Positions 1 to 11,120 of a DNA stretch of 64,000 nt are shown one piece after another. A model generated the notes under the pieces. The model ran no database searches. It saw nothing but the letters and a program-made list of their open reading frames with translations, and was not told where the DNA came from. The stretch is from Eledone cirrhosa (taxonomy: Eukaryota). Position 1 is the stretch's first letter. Each line of letters opens with the position of its first letter. Location: the NCBI GenBank assembly GCA_964016885.1, contig OZ024757.1, forward strand, positions 7,688,001 to 7,752,000, written 5' to 3'. A program made the translations under genes and the position numbers.

Positions 1-1413
1 AGGGGTCTGGTTCGGTCCGGACCTCCAGACGGACAAAAACTGGGACGAGGTGACGAGCAGGGTGGCTTCTCTCACACAGAAATGGGCGGAGAGGAAGGTA
101 TCCCTTAAAGGTCGAGCGGAGGTGGCTAACGCGTACATCGCGTCTGTCATCTGCTACCGCCTGACCGTCGTACCTTGTCCTAAGCCTCGCCTGACTGCGC
201 TGGAGCGTTTGCTCTTTCGCTTTTTGTGGAAGGGACGCGCTCCGATGGTCAGGCGGTCCATCTGTTGTCAACACCCGCTACGTGGAGGGCTGGGCATGCC
301 GTGGCTGATGATGCGCAGGCACGCGCTCAGGCTACGACATCTCCACCTCCTCCTCGACGGTGATCAGGTGTGGTCGCCGTTTGCTAGACACGTTTTTCCC
401 CAGCTCCTTTCCTTGACGGAGCTGCAATCCTGGGTCAAGCGAATACCGAGAGGGAGCGCCTGGAGACTGGAATCTCTTCAGGCGCTCACACCCCTCGACC
501 AATCGGGCAATGTGATCGGTGGAAACTCCACCTCGGCGTTCTATAGAGGATTAGTGGAGGGGAAGAGCGACGACGTACTTGGGGAACCTCTAGGCGTCGA
601 CGAAAATTAACTAGCCAATCTCTTCGGAAGAACTTTCGGGCCAGGGCCTATGGACAACTTCCAGAAATCTCTGGCCAGGCAGTGCTACCGAGGAGCCTTG
701 CCAGTTTGGGATAAACTCTACAGGCATGGAGGTGCCGTCAGCCGGGCATGTCCAAGATGCGCGCAGGGCGACGAAACCGTCCTGCATGCACTCGTCCAAT
801 GTCCGAAAATTGCTGACTTGTGGGTTTATGTCGAACACCTGCTGTCGCGTTTAGGACGGATCCGGCTATCATCTGAGTCCATCGTAAGGATTGCCCCGCT
901 CTCCTATTTTAGCCGGGAAGGGCAGACAGTTTTTATCTGTCTGGTGGCCATGGCGAAAGAGGAAGTATGGTGGACACGTTTGAAAGGGCTGAAGACGAGC
1001 ACTTACCTCTTCGGTGATGCTCTGATTGACTTTTTCAAATTTCATTTGAAAAGGAAAATCAGAGTAGAGAGGGAAGTGCTCTCTTCCCAGCATTTTGTTG
1101 AAAGATGGGTGAGAGAAGCAAGAATGGCCCGAGTGAATGGGCCTACTCTGAGTATATATCTGTAAATTAAAGGTGGAAAACTGGGAGACGGCACTTGCCT
1201 TGGTGGTCAGGGTCACTGTGGCTTTTTATTGGGATTTCTCCACAAATGTCCCTCCGAAGTCTCCCCCCTATTGGGGAATTTTTCATTTTTATTTTTGGTT
1301 ACATCCTCTGTTTTTGTTTTTTACACGCAGAAATGCCCATTTGTACCGTCCTGTATTGTCCTGCACTGTCCTTAATGTCTACTTTATGTAAAACCTTGTG
1401 GTTAATAAATAAA
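1..1413 (+). mobile_element. L1/Tx1-type LINE, copy A (3' part of ORF2 plus 3' UTR; defective)
   Basis: ORFs 50-610 and 650-1165 match the C-terminus of the ORF2 at 19289 (LSLKGRAEVANAYI, PLRGGLGMP, CCHC finger CPRCAQGDETVLHALVQC). Premature TAA at 608-610. The 3' UTR ends ccttgtggttaataaa followed by (TTA)n. Confidence 0.9.
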
Positions 1414-1444
1414 TCATTATTATTATTATTATTATTGTTTTTAT

Positions 1445-4400
1445 TCCTTGAATCTCAGTTGGTTAACTGGAAAGTCCGTTGGAATGAATATCAAGCCACT
1501 ACCTGCAGCCTCAGATATTCAGGACGTATCGGAGGGTTCTTGCTGTTCCCAGCAAGCATGCCTTTTGAAGCGTTCCAAAAAGCGTGAAGGGGCCGATTTT
1601 CTTTAACCATCCCTGGAAACTTTTGGAGATAGTCCCCAGTGCGCCTATGACAATCGGGATCACTTTGACTTCATGGCAGTTCCAAATCCTTTTCACCTCC
1701 CACTTTAGGTCCTGGTATCGGTTAATTTTCTCCTTCTCCTTCTCTTGCACTCTCGTGTCGAATGGGCAGGCCACATCCACAATCAGACACGATCTTTTTT
1801 CTTTGTCCACAACCACCAGGTCAGGTCTATTGTGTTCCAGTTTCTTGTCCGTCTGTATCCTAAAATCCCACAGCACCTTCACCTGATCGTTCTCCGTCAC
1901 CGCCTCTGGCCTATGCTCATACCATTTCTCAGAATGTGGTAAATTGTTCACTTTGCACAGGTGCCAGTGGATCACCCTGCCCATCACATCGTGTCTCCAG
2001 CCCTTATAGTGTGTCTGGGATAGGTGTTTATACTCGGATACAATGTGAGCCACAGTCTCCTCTCTCTCTCCACAGATCCTGCACAGTGGGCTAGCCTCCT
2101 CCTTCTAAATGTGGTGTTTCAACCACTTCGTTTTGAGGGCCTGCTCCTGCGCAGCCATTAACATTCCTTCTATAGCCTTTTTAAGGTCTCCTCTTTTCAA
2201 CCAGTTCCACGTCTGTGGATCTCTAAATTCATTTTTCTCAAAGAAGGTATTATGAAGGATTTTTCCTGAAAGCTGCTCTTTCTCCTTGATGTTTTTTCCT
2301 CCTTGGACATCCCCTGGCCTATTGTCCCCTCCTTCAGTACAGTTCTGAGCATTGGCTCCTTACTATCAGTCACGTATTTGTGTAGGTTGTTTTTCTCCAT
2401 CTGAACACAGTCCTCTATGCTGATAAGACCTCTTCCACCCTCAGATCTCCTTAGGTAGAGTCTATCGACATCACTCCTCTTGTGGAACATGTTGTAGATA
2501 GTCAATAGCTTCCTAGTCTTCCTATCCATTTCTTTTTGTTCAGCAACATTCCATCTCAGAATTCCCGTACTGTACCTAATAATAGACACAGCTCGGGAAT
2601 TTACTGCGCTTATGGCATTTCTGCTGTTCAGATGTGACTTCAATACGCTCCTTACTCTCCGAATGTATTCAGTTCTTAACAATTCCTTCATTCTTTTGTT
2701 CTTTATGCCATCAGCCTCCAGAACTCTCAAATACTTGTATCCTTCCTCAGAGTCAATTTCCTTTATCATCTCACCTGTTGGTATCTGGATTCCGTTACTT
2801 CTGCTCAACCTACCCCTCCTCATCACAATGACTCCACATTTACCAACACTAAACTGCATACATATATCACTGCTGAAAATACGGACAGTGTCAACAAGCA
2901 CATCCAACTCCTTCTCACTCTTCCCGAAGAGCTTAAGATCGTCCATGAAGAGGAGGTGATTGATGGTAAGCTCTCCCTTTCCCAACTTGTATCCTGCTTT
3001 CACTTTTCGCAGCACAATGGTCAAGGGCATCAGGGCAAGGACACACAACAGAGGGGACAGGCTATCTCCCTGGAAGATACCTCTCTTGATCTTCACGCTT
3101 CCCAAGGATTCTCCAGTTGATGTCAACTCTGTCTCCCAGGACCCCATACTCCTGCCCAGCAACTGTCTGATGTTATCTGCCACCTTGAAGATCTCCAGGC
3201 TTTTGGTGATCCAAGAATGAGGCACCATGTCAAATTCCATTCTGTAGTCTATCCATCCCATGGCAAGATCAGTGTGTCTCCTCCTGCAATTCCCCATTAC
3301 CATCTTATCAATAAGTAACTGGTCCTTTGTACCACGTGACTTCTTTCGGCATCCTTTCTGTTCGTCCGGTAACAAGTTGTTTGTGTGGAGGTGATGGTAG
3401 ATTTCCTCAGACACAATGCTCGTCAACAGTTTCCACACTACGGACAGACATGTGATAGGTCTATAGTTGGTAACATCATTACCCTTGATACGGTCTTTCA
3501 TTATCAAAACTGTGGTACCTTTTGTCAACCACTCTGGCACCTCACCCGACACCAAGCAGTCATTGAACATGGCCGTCAGCTTCGGGTGGAGGGATGTTAA
3601 ATGTTTAATCCAATACCCCTGCACACCATCTGGGCCTGGTGATTTCCAGTTGGTTAGTTTTTTGGCCTGCCCCTTAAGAGTTTCAACTGTGATACTCAAA
3701 TCAGTTTGTTGGTGTGCCTGTTCACCGATCTCCCTCTGTACTGTCTCAATCCACCCTGCCTGGTCATTATGTCTAACATCCTGCTCCCATATTCCTCTCC
3801 AGAATGTTTTAGTTTGTTCCGCCCCAGGGATCAAGTCGTTGCCTCTTTCTTTCCCCTCAAGCTGTCCAAACAGCATCTTCTGGTTGTTGTCGAACATGCG
3901 GTTCTGTTTATACTGACTGACTCTGTTCTCGTATCGCCTGATTTTTGCAGTCTCGGCTACAATGCGTTGCTTCAGTTCCTCTATGATAATATTTAGCTTT
4001 TTCCACCTAGATTTGTACTTTATTTCCAGTCTATTTTTAGTGCCTATGTTTTTTAGTGTCCCATTCAGTAGTGACTCAAGCTTTCCTATGTCATTCCTCA
4101 TTTCCTTGATTTGACCACTCAGTCGTTTCTTCCACCAAGGCTCTGCTCTTTCTTGTCTGTTGTTTCCTCTCGCTTTTATACCAAGTAGTTTTCTCACCGT
4201 ATTTGCTGTTGCTTTGAGGATATTGTTGCACTGGTGAAGGCTCCTCGCCTCAAGGTATGGGATGACTTTGTTTACCTTAGCTGTTGTTTCATTTAACTTT
4301 TTCCTGTCTACAAATCTTAGGTTCATAGGTCTCCCACTATCAATGTTCAATTCATCTACCACTAAATTTAGGATGTCAACCGAATCTTGTCCTAGCCCGT

Positions 4401-4980
4401 CAGCATTCATCTCCTCAGTGGCCGTATCTCTGTTCCAGGTATTATTTATCTCAGCATTCAGATCATTGTCTGCTTCGGGTGGTTCCTCCGTTCCCTCAAC
4501 CTCTTCACCTTCATTTCCCTCTGGCTCGTTTGTCTGGCATATTACACCCTCCATCTCCAAGCTAATCTCTCTGCTCAGTTCCTCCAGTTCCAGCTCGCTT
4601 ATCCACCCATTAGTTCTTATTATCCGAGCCTGCCCGGCCAATTTTTGTTCATCTAATGTAAATAGACCAATCTCGTTCCAGATGTTATGCATCCGTCTCC
4701 TATAGCCCCTCTCCTTGGGGTTACTTTTCAGGTAACATTGCATAACAGTTCTATTCAATTATTTCGTCAAGTTGGTTCTGGCCCCTTTCCTTCTTCGTCT
4801 TCCTCCACCGTCAGCAGTATTTGGTTGACAGTCAGGTTCCTGCTGCTGAGCCAGGGGGCACCTGTTGGGTGAGAGTCTGTCACATGACGTTCTAGTCTCC
4901 ATTTCACCGTTATTCGAACTGTTTAGGTTCGATATTTAAACACTCTTATCGAGGATCGGCGAATGTATGGTTACTTAGCC
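1445..4980 (-). mobile_element. R4/Dong-type non-LTR retrotransposon, family A copy 1 (near full length, disrupted)
   Basis: RT motifs KSPGPDG, YRPITCL, GIFQGDSLSP, LFMDDLKL in 2197-4758. Zinc finger and restriction-like endonuclease (RHD...NRPDLVVVD...IVDVACPFD...EKINRY) in 1511-2053. Nonsense change near 4760 and a frameshift near 2200-2260. Its 3' end abuts (TTA)n. Confidence 0.9.
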
Positions 4981-5462
4981 ATCTGTGGATTCACCGCCGC
5001 CGGTGTTTGCGCCGCTCCAATTGGCGCTTGTGTGGCATTATCACCACGCTGTAGACGAACACAAATAAACAAACAAACACACAGGCAGAAAAGACCCCAA
5101 AAATGAATAAGCATAAGTTTCATTGTAATGTAGTGTTCGAATGTCTGACTTAGTTTTTCCCCCCTCTTCTCTGTCCGTCCGCTTGTTCCTCTCTTCATTC
5201 TTATTTTCTTTACGTTTTTTTTTTTTTTTTTTTCTCTGTTTGCTTTTGCTGTGCTGCTTTGGTTTTGTTGTTTGTTTTTTCTTTTTTCTTTTGAGTCTAT
5301 TTATATATTTTGATGCCTTCCTCTTTTTTAGTAGTAGGGATTCTATAATGTGGTGGCAGCAGCCAGCTGAGAGATGTGGTTGACAGTAGCGGCGGTAGCG
5401 ATACTGAGACAGTGGTGGTGGTGATGTCGATACCGAGGCAGTGTTGGTGGTGATGTGATCGT

Positions 5463-5857
5463 ATTACTGTAGTGATGGTGTTGTAGCGGTGGCAGCAATG
5501 AAGGAGTGGTGGCGGCGGTGATGGGATAGTGGTGGTAATGATGGCAGCAGTGAGTGGTGGTGGTGAAATTGAAATGGTTGTTCTATATAGTGTAGACAGA
5601 GGAGGGGGGGGGTTCTTCTTCCATTTATAGCCATTTTCTTTTTTGGATATACAATGTACAATACAAAGTTGAATATTTGAATATTTGAGCCTTATAACAA
5701 TATATTTCGGGTCCGAATTGTTTTGGGCTCAAGCCGGATGCTTTACGTAGCATTTGTACTAAGAGTTGTTATTTCACAAATGATTTAAATATGTTAAAAA
5801 TTCAAAACTTACGGGAGCGATTTCATGACCTTCCACCACCTCGTGCGTCTTCTTCCC

Positions 5858-5858
<1 letters not shown>
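5463..5858. repeat. Unclassified GGT-rich dispersed repeat R, copy 1
   Basis: Homologous to 10493-11060 and 27638-28328 (gcaatgaaggagtggtggcggcggtgatgggatagtggt...ttcttccatttatagccattttc...gtgcgtcttcttccc). Followed by (TTA)n. Confidence 0.75.

Positions 5859-5920
<62 letters not shown>
5858..5920. repeat. (TTA)n microsatellite
   Basis: Direct inspection. Similar tracts at 1415-1436, 11061-11120, 16889-16947, 22967-22999, 26551-26585 and 28328-28357. Confidence 0.95.
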
Positions 5921-5921
<1 letters not shown>

Positions 5922-6202
5922 GGCGGTGGATTGGCATTATCGGTAGAGGGTCGGACGCTATGCTTTGAGGTATAGAGTTACGGCCATTGCCATTCTGAGT
6001 TCCAATCCCGCCGAGGTTAACTTTGCCTTTCATCCTTACGGGGTCGATAAAATAAAGTACCAGTAATACACTGGGTAATTTTTGGCCTTGTGCCTAATTT
6101 ATCCCGCCGAGGTTAACTTTGCCTTTCAACCTTCCAGGGTCGATAGAATAAAGTACCAGTAATGCATTGATAGTTGCTGGCCTTGTGCCAAAAGTAGAAA
6201 CC
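5921..6202 (+). mobile_element. tRNA-derived SINE (cephalopod type) with its 3' half duplicated
   Basis: A-box-like TGGCATTATCGG and B-box-like GAGTTCCAATCC. The core ccgaggttaactttgcctttca...gggtcgata...aaagtaccagt occurs twice (~6006-6100 and ~6101-6200). Tail gctggccttgtgccaaaa followed by (TTA)n. Resembles octopus SINEs as I recall them. Confidence 0.75.
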
Positions 6203-6220
6203 ATTATTATTATTATTATT

Positions 6221-9200
6221 ACAGTTGCATTTATCTTGCTTTATGTTCATACGAGTTATCACCAAGTCACAACCAGTGACCTCAAGAGACAACAAGGTCC
6301 GCCATGTTCAAGAAAGAACATACATATTCACACATGCATCTTTAGTGTTTAGACTTGTGATGTACTTATATTGACAGAATCTTCCTTAGTATATGGGCAG
6401 TTTCCATTAGTACTATCTTTTGTATTTCTCCTATACGCGGGTTTCCTGGGATTTGCGATGAGTAATCATTAGACCCCTTAGGTATCATTCCCAGAGCGCC
6501 AACAACCACAGGTATTGGTTTAGTTCTCAATTTCCACATTTTTCCAATTTCTATCTCCAGGTCCTTATACTTGCTCAATTTTTCAAATGTTTTTATAGAA
6601 ACATTCTTGTCTATTGGAACAGACATATCAATTAGCAGGCATACCCTCCTTTGAAATTCCTTCAATATTATATCAGGTCTATTTGCATCCATTTTTCGGT
6701 CTGTTTGGATGCTAAAGTTCCACAAGATTGAGATGTGATCTTTTTCAAGTATGGGAGGTGGTTGATGCTCCCACCAATTCTTTTGATGGGGCAGGTCAAA
6801 ATGCTTACACATTATACAATGTATGTATTGTGCAGCTCTGTCATGCTTCATTAGGTATTCGGTTGGAGCTATAGGACTGCACATTGAAATTATATGGTCA
6901 ATGGTCTCTGGTTGTTTTTTGCATACACGGCATAATGGGCTGCATCCATTTTTTATTATGTTGGCTTGGTAATTTTTTGTTGGCAGACACTGATCTTGTG
7001 CTGATATAATTAGTCTCCGATTTCAGTCCAGAGGATGCCAACCACTGATGAGTTAAAATTTTGTCAACATCAGGATTGTTAGCTCGCTCTGGGTATTTTC
7101 CAAACAGAGGCTTTTCTTGCCATTTCTTAGCCAGTTTCTGTAGCAGTTCTTTCTTTGCAGTTACTTTTACCTGCTTTGCTTTTTCTGTGTTTTCCATTTC
7201 AGCAGTAAATGGGACTTCTGAAATTTGTAGTTCATTATTGTATCTTTGTGCATCTTTTGTAATGAGAATATGATCTTGTGATGCTTTCGTGTTTCAAAAC
7301 GAGTTTGATCATCCAATCATGTGATTCCCTTAGATATGTAGATAATCCAATTGTTGCAGTTTTCAACGCAATGTCTAACTGGATTAACCCACGTCCTCCT
7401 TTCCTGGGGAGATATATTCTATCTATATCTGCCTTAGGGTGATGCATTCTGTGCATGGTTAAGAATTTTCGAATTTTTGTATCGAGCCTACGGATCTCTG
7501 TGTTTGACCAGTTGATGACATTGTAACTGTAGGTTACTACTGGTATGGCAAGCGTGCTTATGGCATCGATCCTATTCCTTGCATTCAATTCCGTTCTTAA
7601 GATTGCTCTTACTCTGAGGTAACATTCCTTCCTTATCCTTTCCCTCATTGTCGAGTGCTTGATTCCGTCTCCTTCACAAACACCTAGATATTTGTAAGTT
7701 TTTTCTTGATCAAGTTCTCTTATCACGTTCCCCCGATCAAGATTAATGTCTGAACTCTTCAGCAGCTTTCCTCTGGTGAACGTTGCATTGGCGCATTTAT
7801 CTAGTCCAAAGTCCATTTTAATGTCATCACTGAACTGCTCCACAGTGGATAATAGCCCTTGCAATTGTTCATCATTTTTTGCAAATAGTTTCAGGTCATC
7901 CATGTAGAACAAGTGATTAATGGTTTTGTCATAGACTTTATATCCATGTTTTGTTTCATTGAGCATTTTACTTAATGGTATAAGTGCGATGCAGAATAAA
8001 AGCGGTGATAAAGAGTCACCCTGAAAAATTCCACAATTAATATTAACTTCTCCAGCTTCCAGTGATTTTGTTTCACTATTCAAAAAGAGTGTCGTTTTCC
8101 ATGTCTTCATACTGAATGACAAAAACCTCCTGACAACGGGAAATATTTTGAAAAGCTCTAAACATTTTTCAATCCAACTGTGTGGCAAACTATCGAATGC
8201 TTTTTTATAATCTATCCAAGCAATCGATAGATTTTTGTGTCTATTAGGACAATCTTCCAGTATCATTTTGTTAACCAGAAGCTGATCCTTACAGCCATAT
8301 GAGCCTCGTTTACACCCTTTCTGCTCAATGGGAAATAGGTCATTTGTTATCAGGTGGTCATATGTGTATTCAGTTAGGACTGATTTTAAAATTTTATACA
8401 TTGTGGTCAAGCAAGTTATCGGTCTGTAATTTTGGGGATTGTTTGTCTCATCATTCTTCGGAAGCAGGAATGTAATGCCGTTAACTAGCCATCATGGTAT
8501 CTTTTCTGGCTCCTTAACTATTTTATTGTAAAGTTGGGCTAACAGCTCATGAGACTCTGTGAAGGCATTTATCCAAAAGTTTTGTATTTTGTCTTTTCCT
8601 GGGGATTTCCATTTGCTGGTTTTTCTTAGAGCCAAGCGCAGCTGTTCAACTCTTATATTTTCCCATATTTGTTCCTCAAGGTGAGCTGTATCATTCATTT
8701 GTCTGTCTATCCATGGGGCATGTATGTTATGAACTTTTTCTTCGGCCCAGATCTTTTCCCAGAATGTTTGCACTTCCTCCTTGGGTGGTATTGATTTAGC
8801 AGTTATTGTTGACTTACCAATTTTTCTGTAGAAATTTCTTTGGTTGTTTTTGAACATATTATTGTCCTTATAGAATCTAGATCGTTTTTCAAAGCGCCTT
8901 ATACGAGCAGCTTTGGCCGACACTTTTTGCTTGATTATTTCTATCAGCATGTCTTTGTCACTTGTTGATTTTATACTGTACTTCTTTTTCAATTTTCTAA
9001 GTTTAGTTTGTTTAACATGTTCACCTACTTTATAGTTTGTTAACATTTCTATGTCAGATCGGAGAAGGTTTATTTGGCGATTGAATTCCTTTGTTTTTTC
9101 ATTTTCACTCCACATAAGTGAGTGGTGACTTTAGCCGATGCATAATAGAGATGATTTAAATCAGTAATGTTTAGTTTGTTTGTGATGATAATGTTTTTGA

Positions 9201-10138
9201 GAATTATGTTAGTCTTGTGTATTATCTTTTGGTTCTGTTTGGAGTTCTGGATCTTAGGGAGGGTGTCTCGTTGCCCCATGTCAGATTCTTTCATTTTCAT
9301 CCATTCGATCATAATTTCATCCTTCAAGTTGGTAAGTTCGTTCTCATTCATTTCTTTATCATTTACGATCTCATTATTTTCATTTGGAGTTTCATCTTGA
9401 GCATGCAGTCCCTCCACTTTTTCGATCCTTTCTTTAATTTGTTCTGTTGCCAGTGATTCCACCCCAACCCTGGGATTTGAAGTGTTACAATTTACCTCGT
9501 TTTTACTGACACATGTTTCATTTTCCCTTCGCTGACTTTGTGCTAATAGCTTGATCTGATCAATTTCAATATCAGTTAGTAACTTTTTTCTTACAATATT
9601 CTTCGTATATTGGCTAGTTTGTTACTGTCAATATAGCCTCTGTTTTCGGGATGTTTCTTTTTCCAGTTGATATATATGTCTGTTCTGTATTCGATGTATT
9701 TGATGGGTAGTACATGGCAGTGTAGAAAGCCTCAAGGACTTCTTTATTATCTTCCCTTGACCATTTCTCTCTCTTTTTCTTTGGATTTCTTGGTGGTGAG
9801 CATAGAGGGCCAACAGTAGGAGTATTCCGGTTATGGGAGGTCTCCAGCTCCGAAGTGATGGGAAGGTTGGAACCATTAGCTGATTTTTCGACCCCAGTCT
9901 GGTTCCTCTCTGAGGGACGTGGCCCTTTTTTAACCGGGTGACGGCCGATCCGGTATGAGATTTTATCATTAGACATTTACTTTATTTTGTCGCGTTTTAT
10001 CCTTATCCGCCAAGGGGTAATCATTTCGTGTTACCACTTCTAGAACGAGTGTCAACCAAGACTAGAGGGGTCGTTCTCCCCTAGAGACACGGCTATTCCC
10101 CGCCGGCCGCCATCCCGGTATTTCTTGGTCACGGGGTT
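6221..10138 (-). mobile_element. R4/Dong-type non-LTR retrotransposon, family B (apparently full length, fragmented ORF)
   Basis: Consecutive fragments: 9614-9976 (REKWSREDNKEVLEAFY), 9070-9462, 8492-9115 (KSPGKD), 7235-8410 (GIFQGDSLSP, FYMDDLKL), 6898-7197 and 6366-6884 (NRPDIIL...IDMSVP...EKLSKY, RLE domain). Much more AT-rich than family A. Its 3' end abuts (TTA)n. Confidence 0.88.
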
Positions 10139-10492
10139 TTCATTTTGTTGTTTTTTTTTAAATTGTTATTATCATGAGTGGTTCCTTAATGTGAGCATTG
10201 CGTGGCTTAAGAATGAAATTATTAATAATTGTCTCCACTCCAGGCACAAGGCCAGCAATCACCCAGTGCATTACAATAATATAATATACTTTTTGCTGAA
10301 GTTGCCTGTTATTGTTGTTGGCTATGTCGGTGGGGGTGCTGGGGCTTTTTATATTGTTGGTGAGGAAGGGGTGAGCCAGCAGTGCCATAGTTGTTGATGT
10401 TGACGTTTGGCCGGTCACTAAGTCAATCTATTTATATCTTTTGCTAGCCTCTCCCTTGTCAAGTGATACCGCCACCTTCCCCATTCTCTCTC

Positions 10493-11058
10493 AAGTTAAC
10501 AGGGGAATAGTGGTGGTAGCAATGAAGGAGTGGTGGCGGCGGTGATGGGATAGTGGTAGCAATGATGGATGGAGTGGTGGCGGCGGTGGCGTTGTCGTTA
10601 CTGAGTTTTGTGATATGTAGTATCTATGAGTTTGTGTCGCGTATGTTTAATATATATTGTGTTGACATATTCCCGTTAAATTGGAATTAAACATTTTGTT
10701 AAAACTTGAGACAATAATAATTGTTTCTATTTTAGGCACAAGGCCACCAATTACCCAGTGCAATTGAGACAATAATAATAGTAATTATTATTATGATGCT
10801 GGGATTGGTGGTGGTGGTGGTGAAATTGCCGTTATCTGGCTGTTATATTTAGTGTGATGGGGTAGGTGGTGCATCAAGTTTCTGGTGTTGGTGAAATTGC
10901 TGTTATTTGGCTGTTCTATATAGTGTAGACAGAGGGTGTTTTCTTCCATTTATAGCCATTTTCTTTTTTGAATACAAAATATATAATACAAAATTGAATA
11001 TTTGAGCGATATAACAATATAATATGGATCCGAAATTTTATGGGACTTGATTCGGTGG

Positions 11059-11060
<2 letters not shown>
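10493..11060. repeat. Dispersed repeat R, copy 2 (contains a short minus-strand SINE 3' fragment at ~10722-10762)
   Basis: Alignable by eye to 27638-28200 and 5463-5730. Confidence 0.7.

Positions 11061-11120
<60 letters not shown>

Noticed and set aside
1584-4872. Plus-strand ORFs overlapping Dong copies (also 23156-26442)
   Set aside because: Antisense shadows of the retrotransposon ORF with no recognisable motifs.
5809-5858. Minus-strand mini-exon ending CCC|GTAAGT in repeat R
   Set aside because: No pyrimidine tract (it is preceded by (TAA)n), and the copy at 28280-28328 differs by 1 nt in length.
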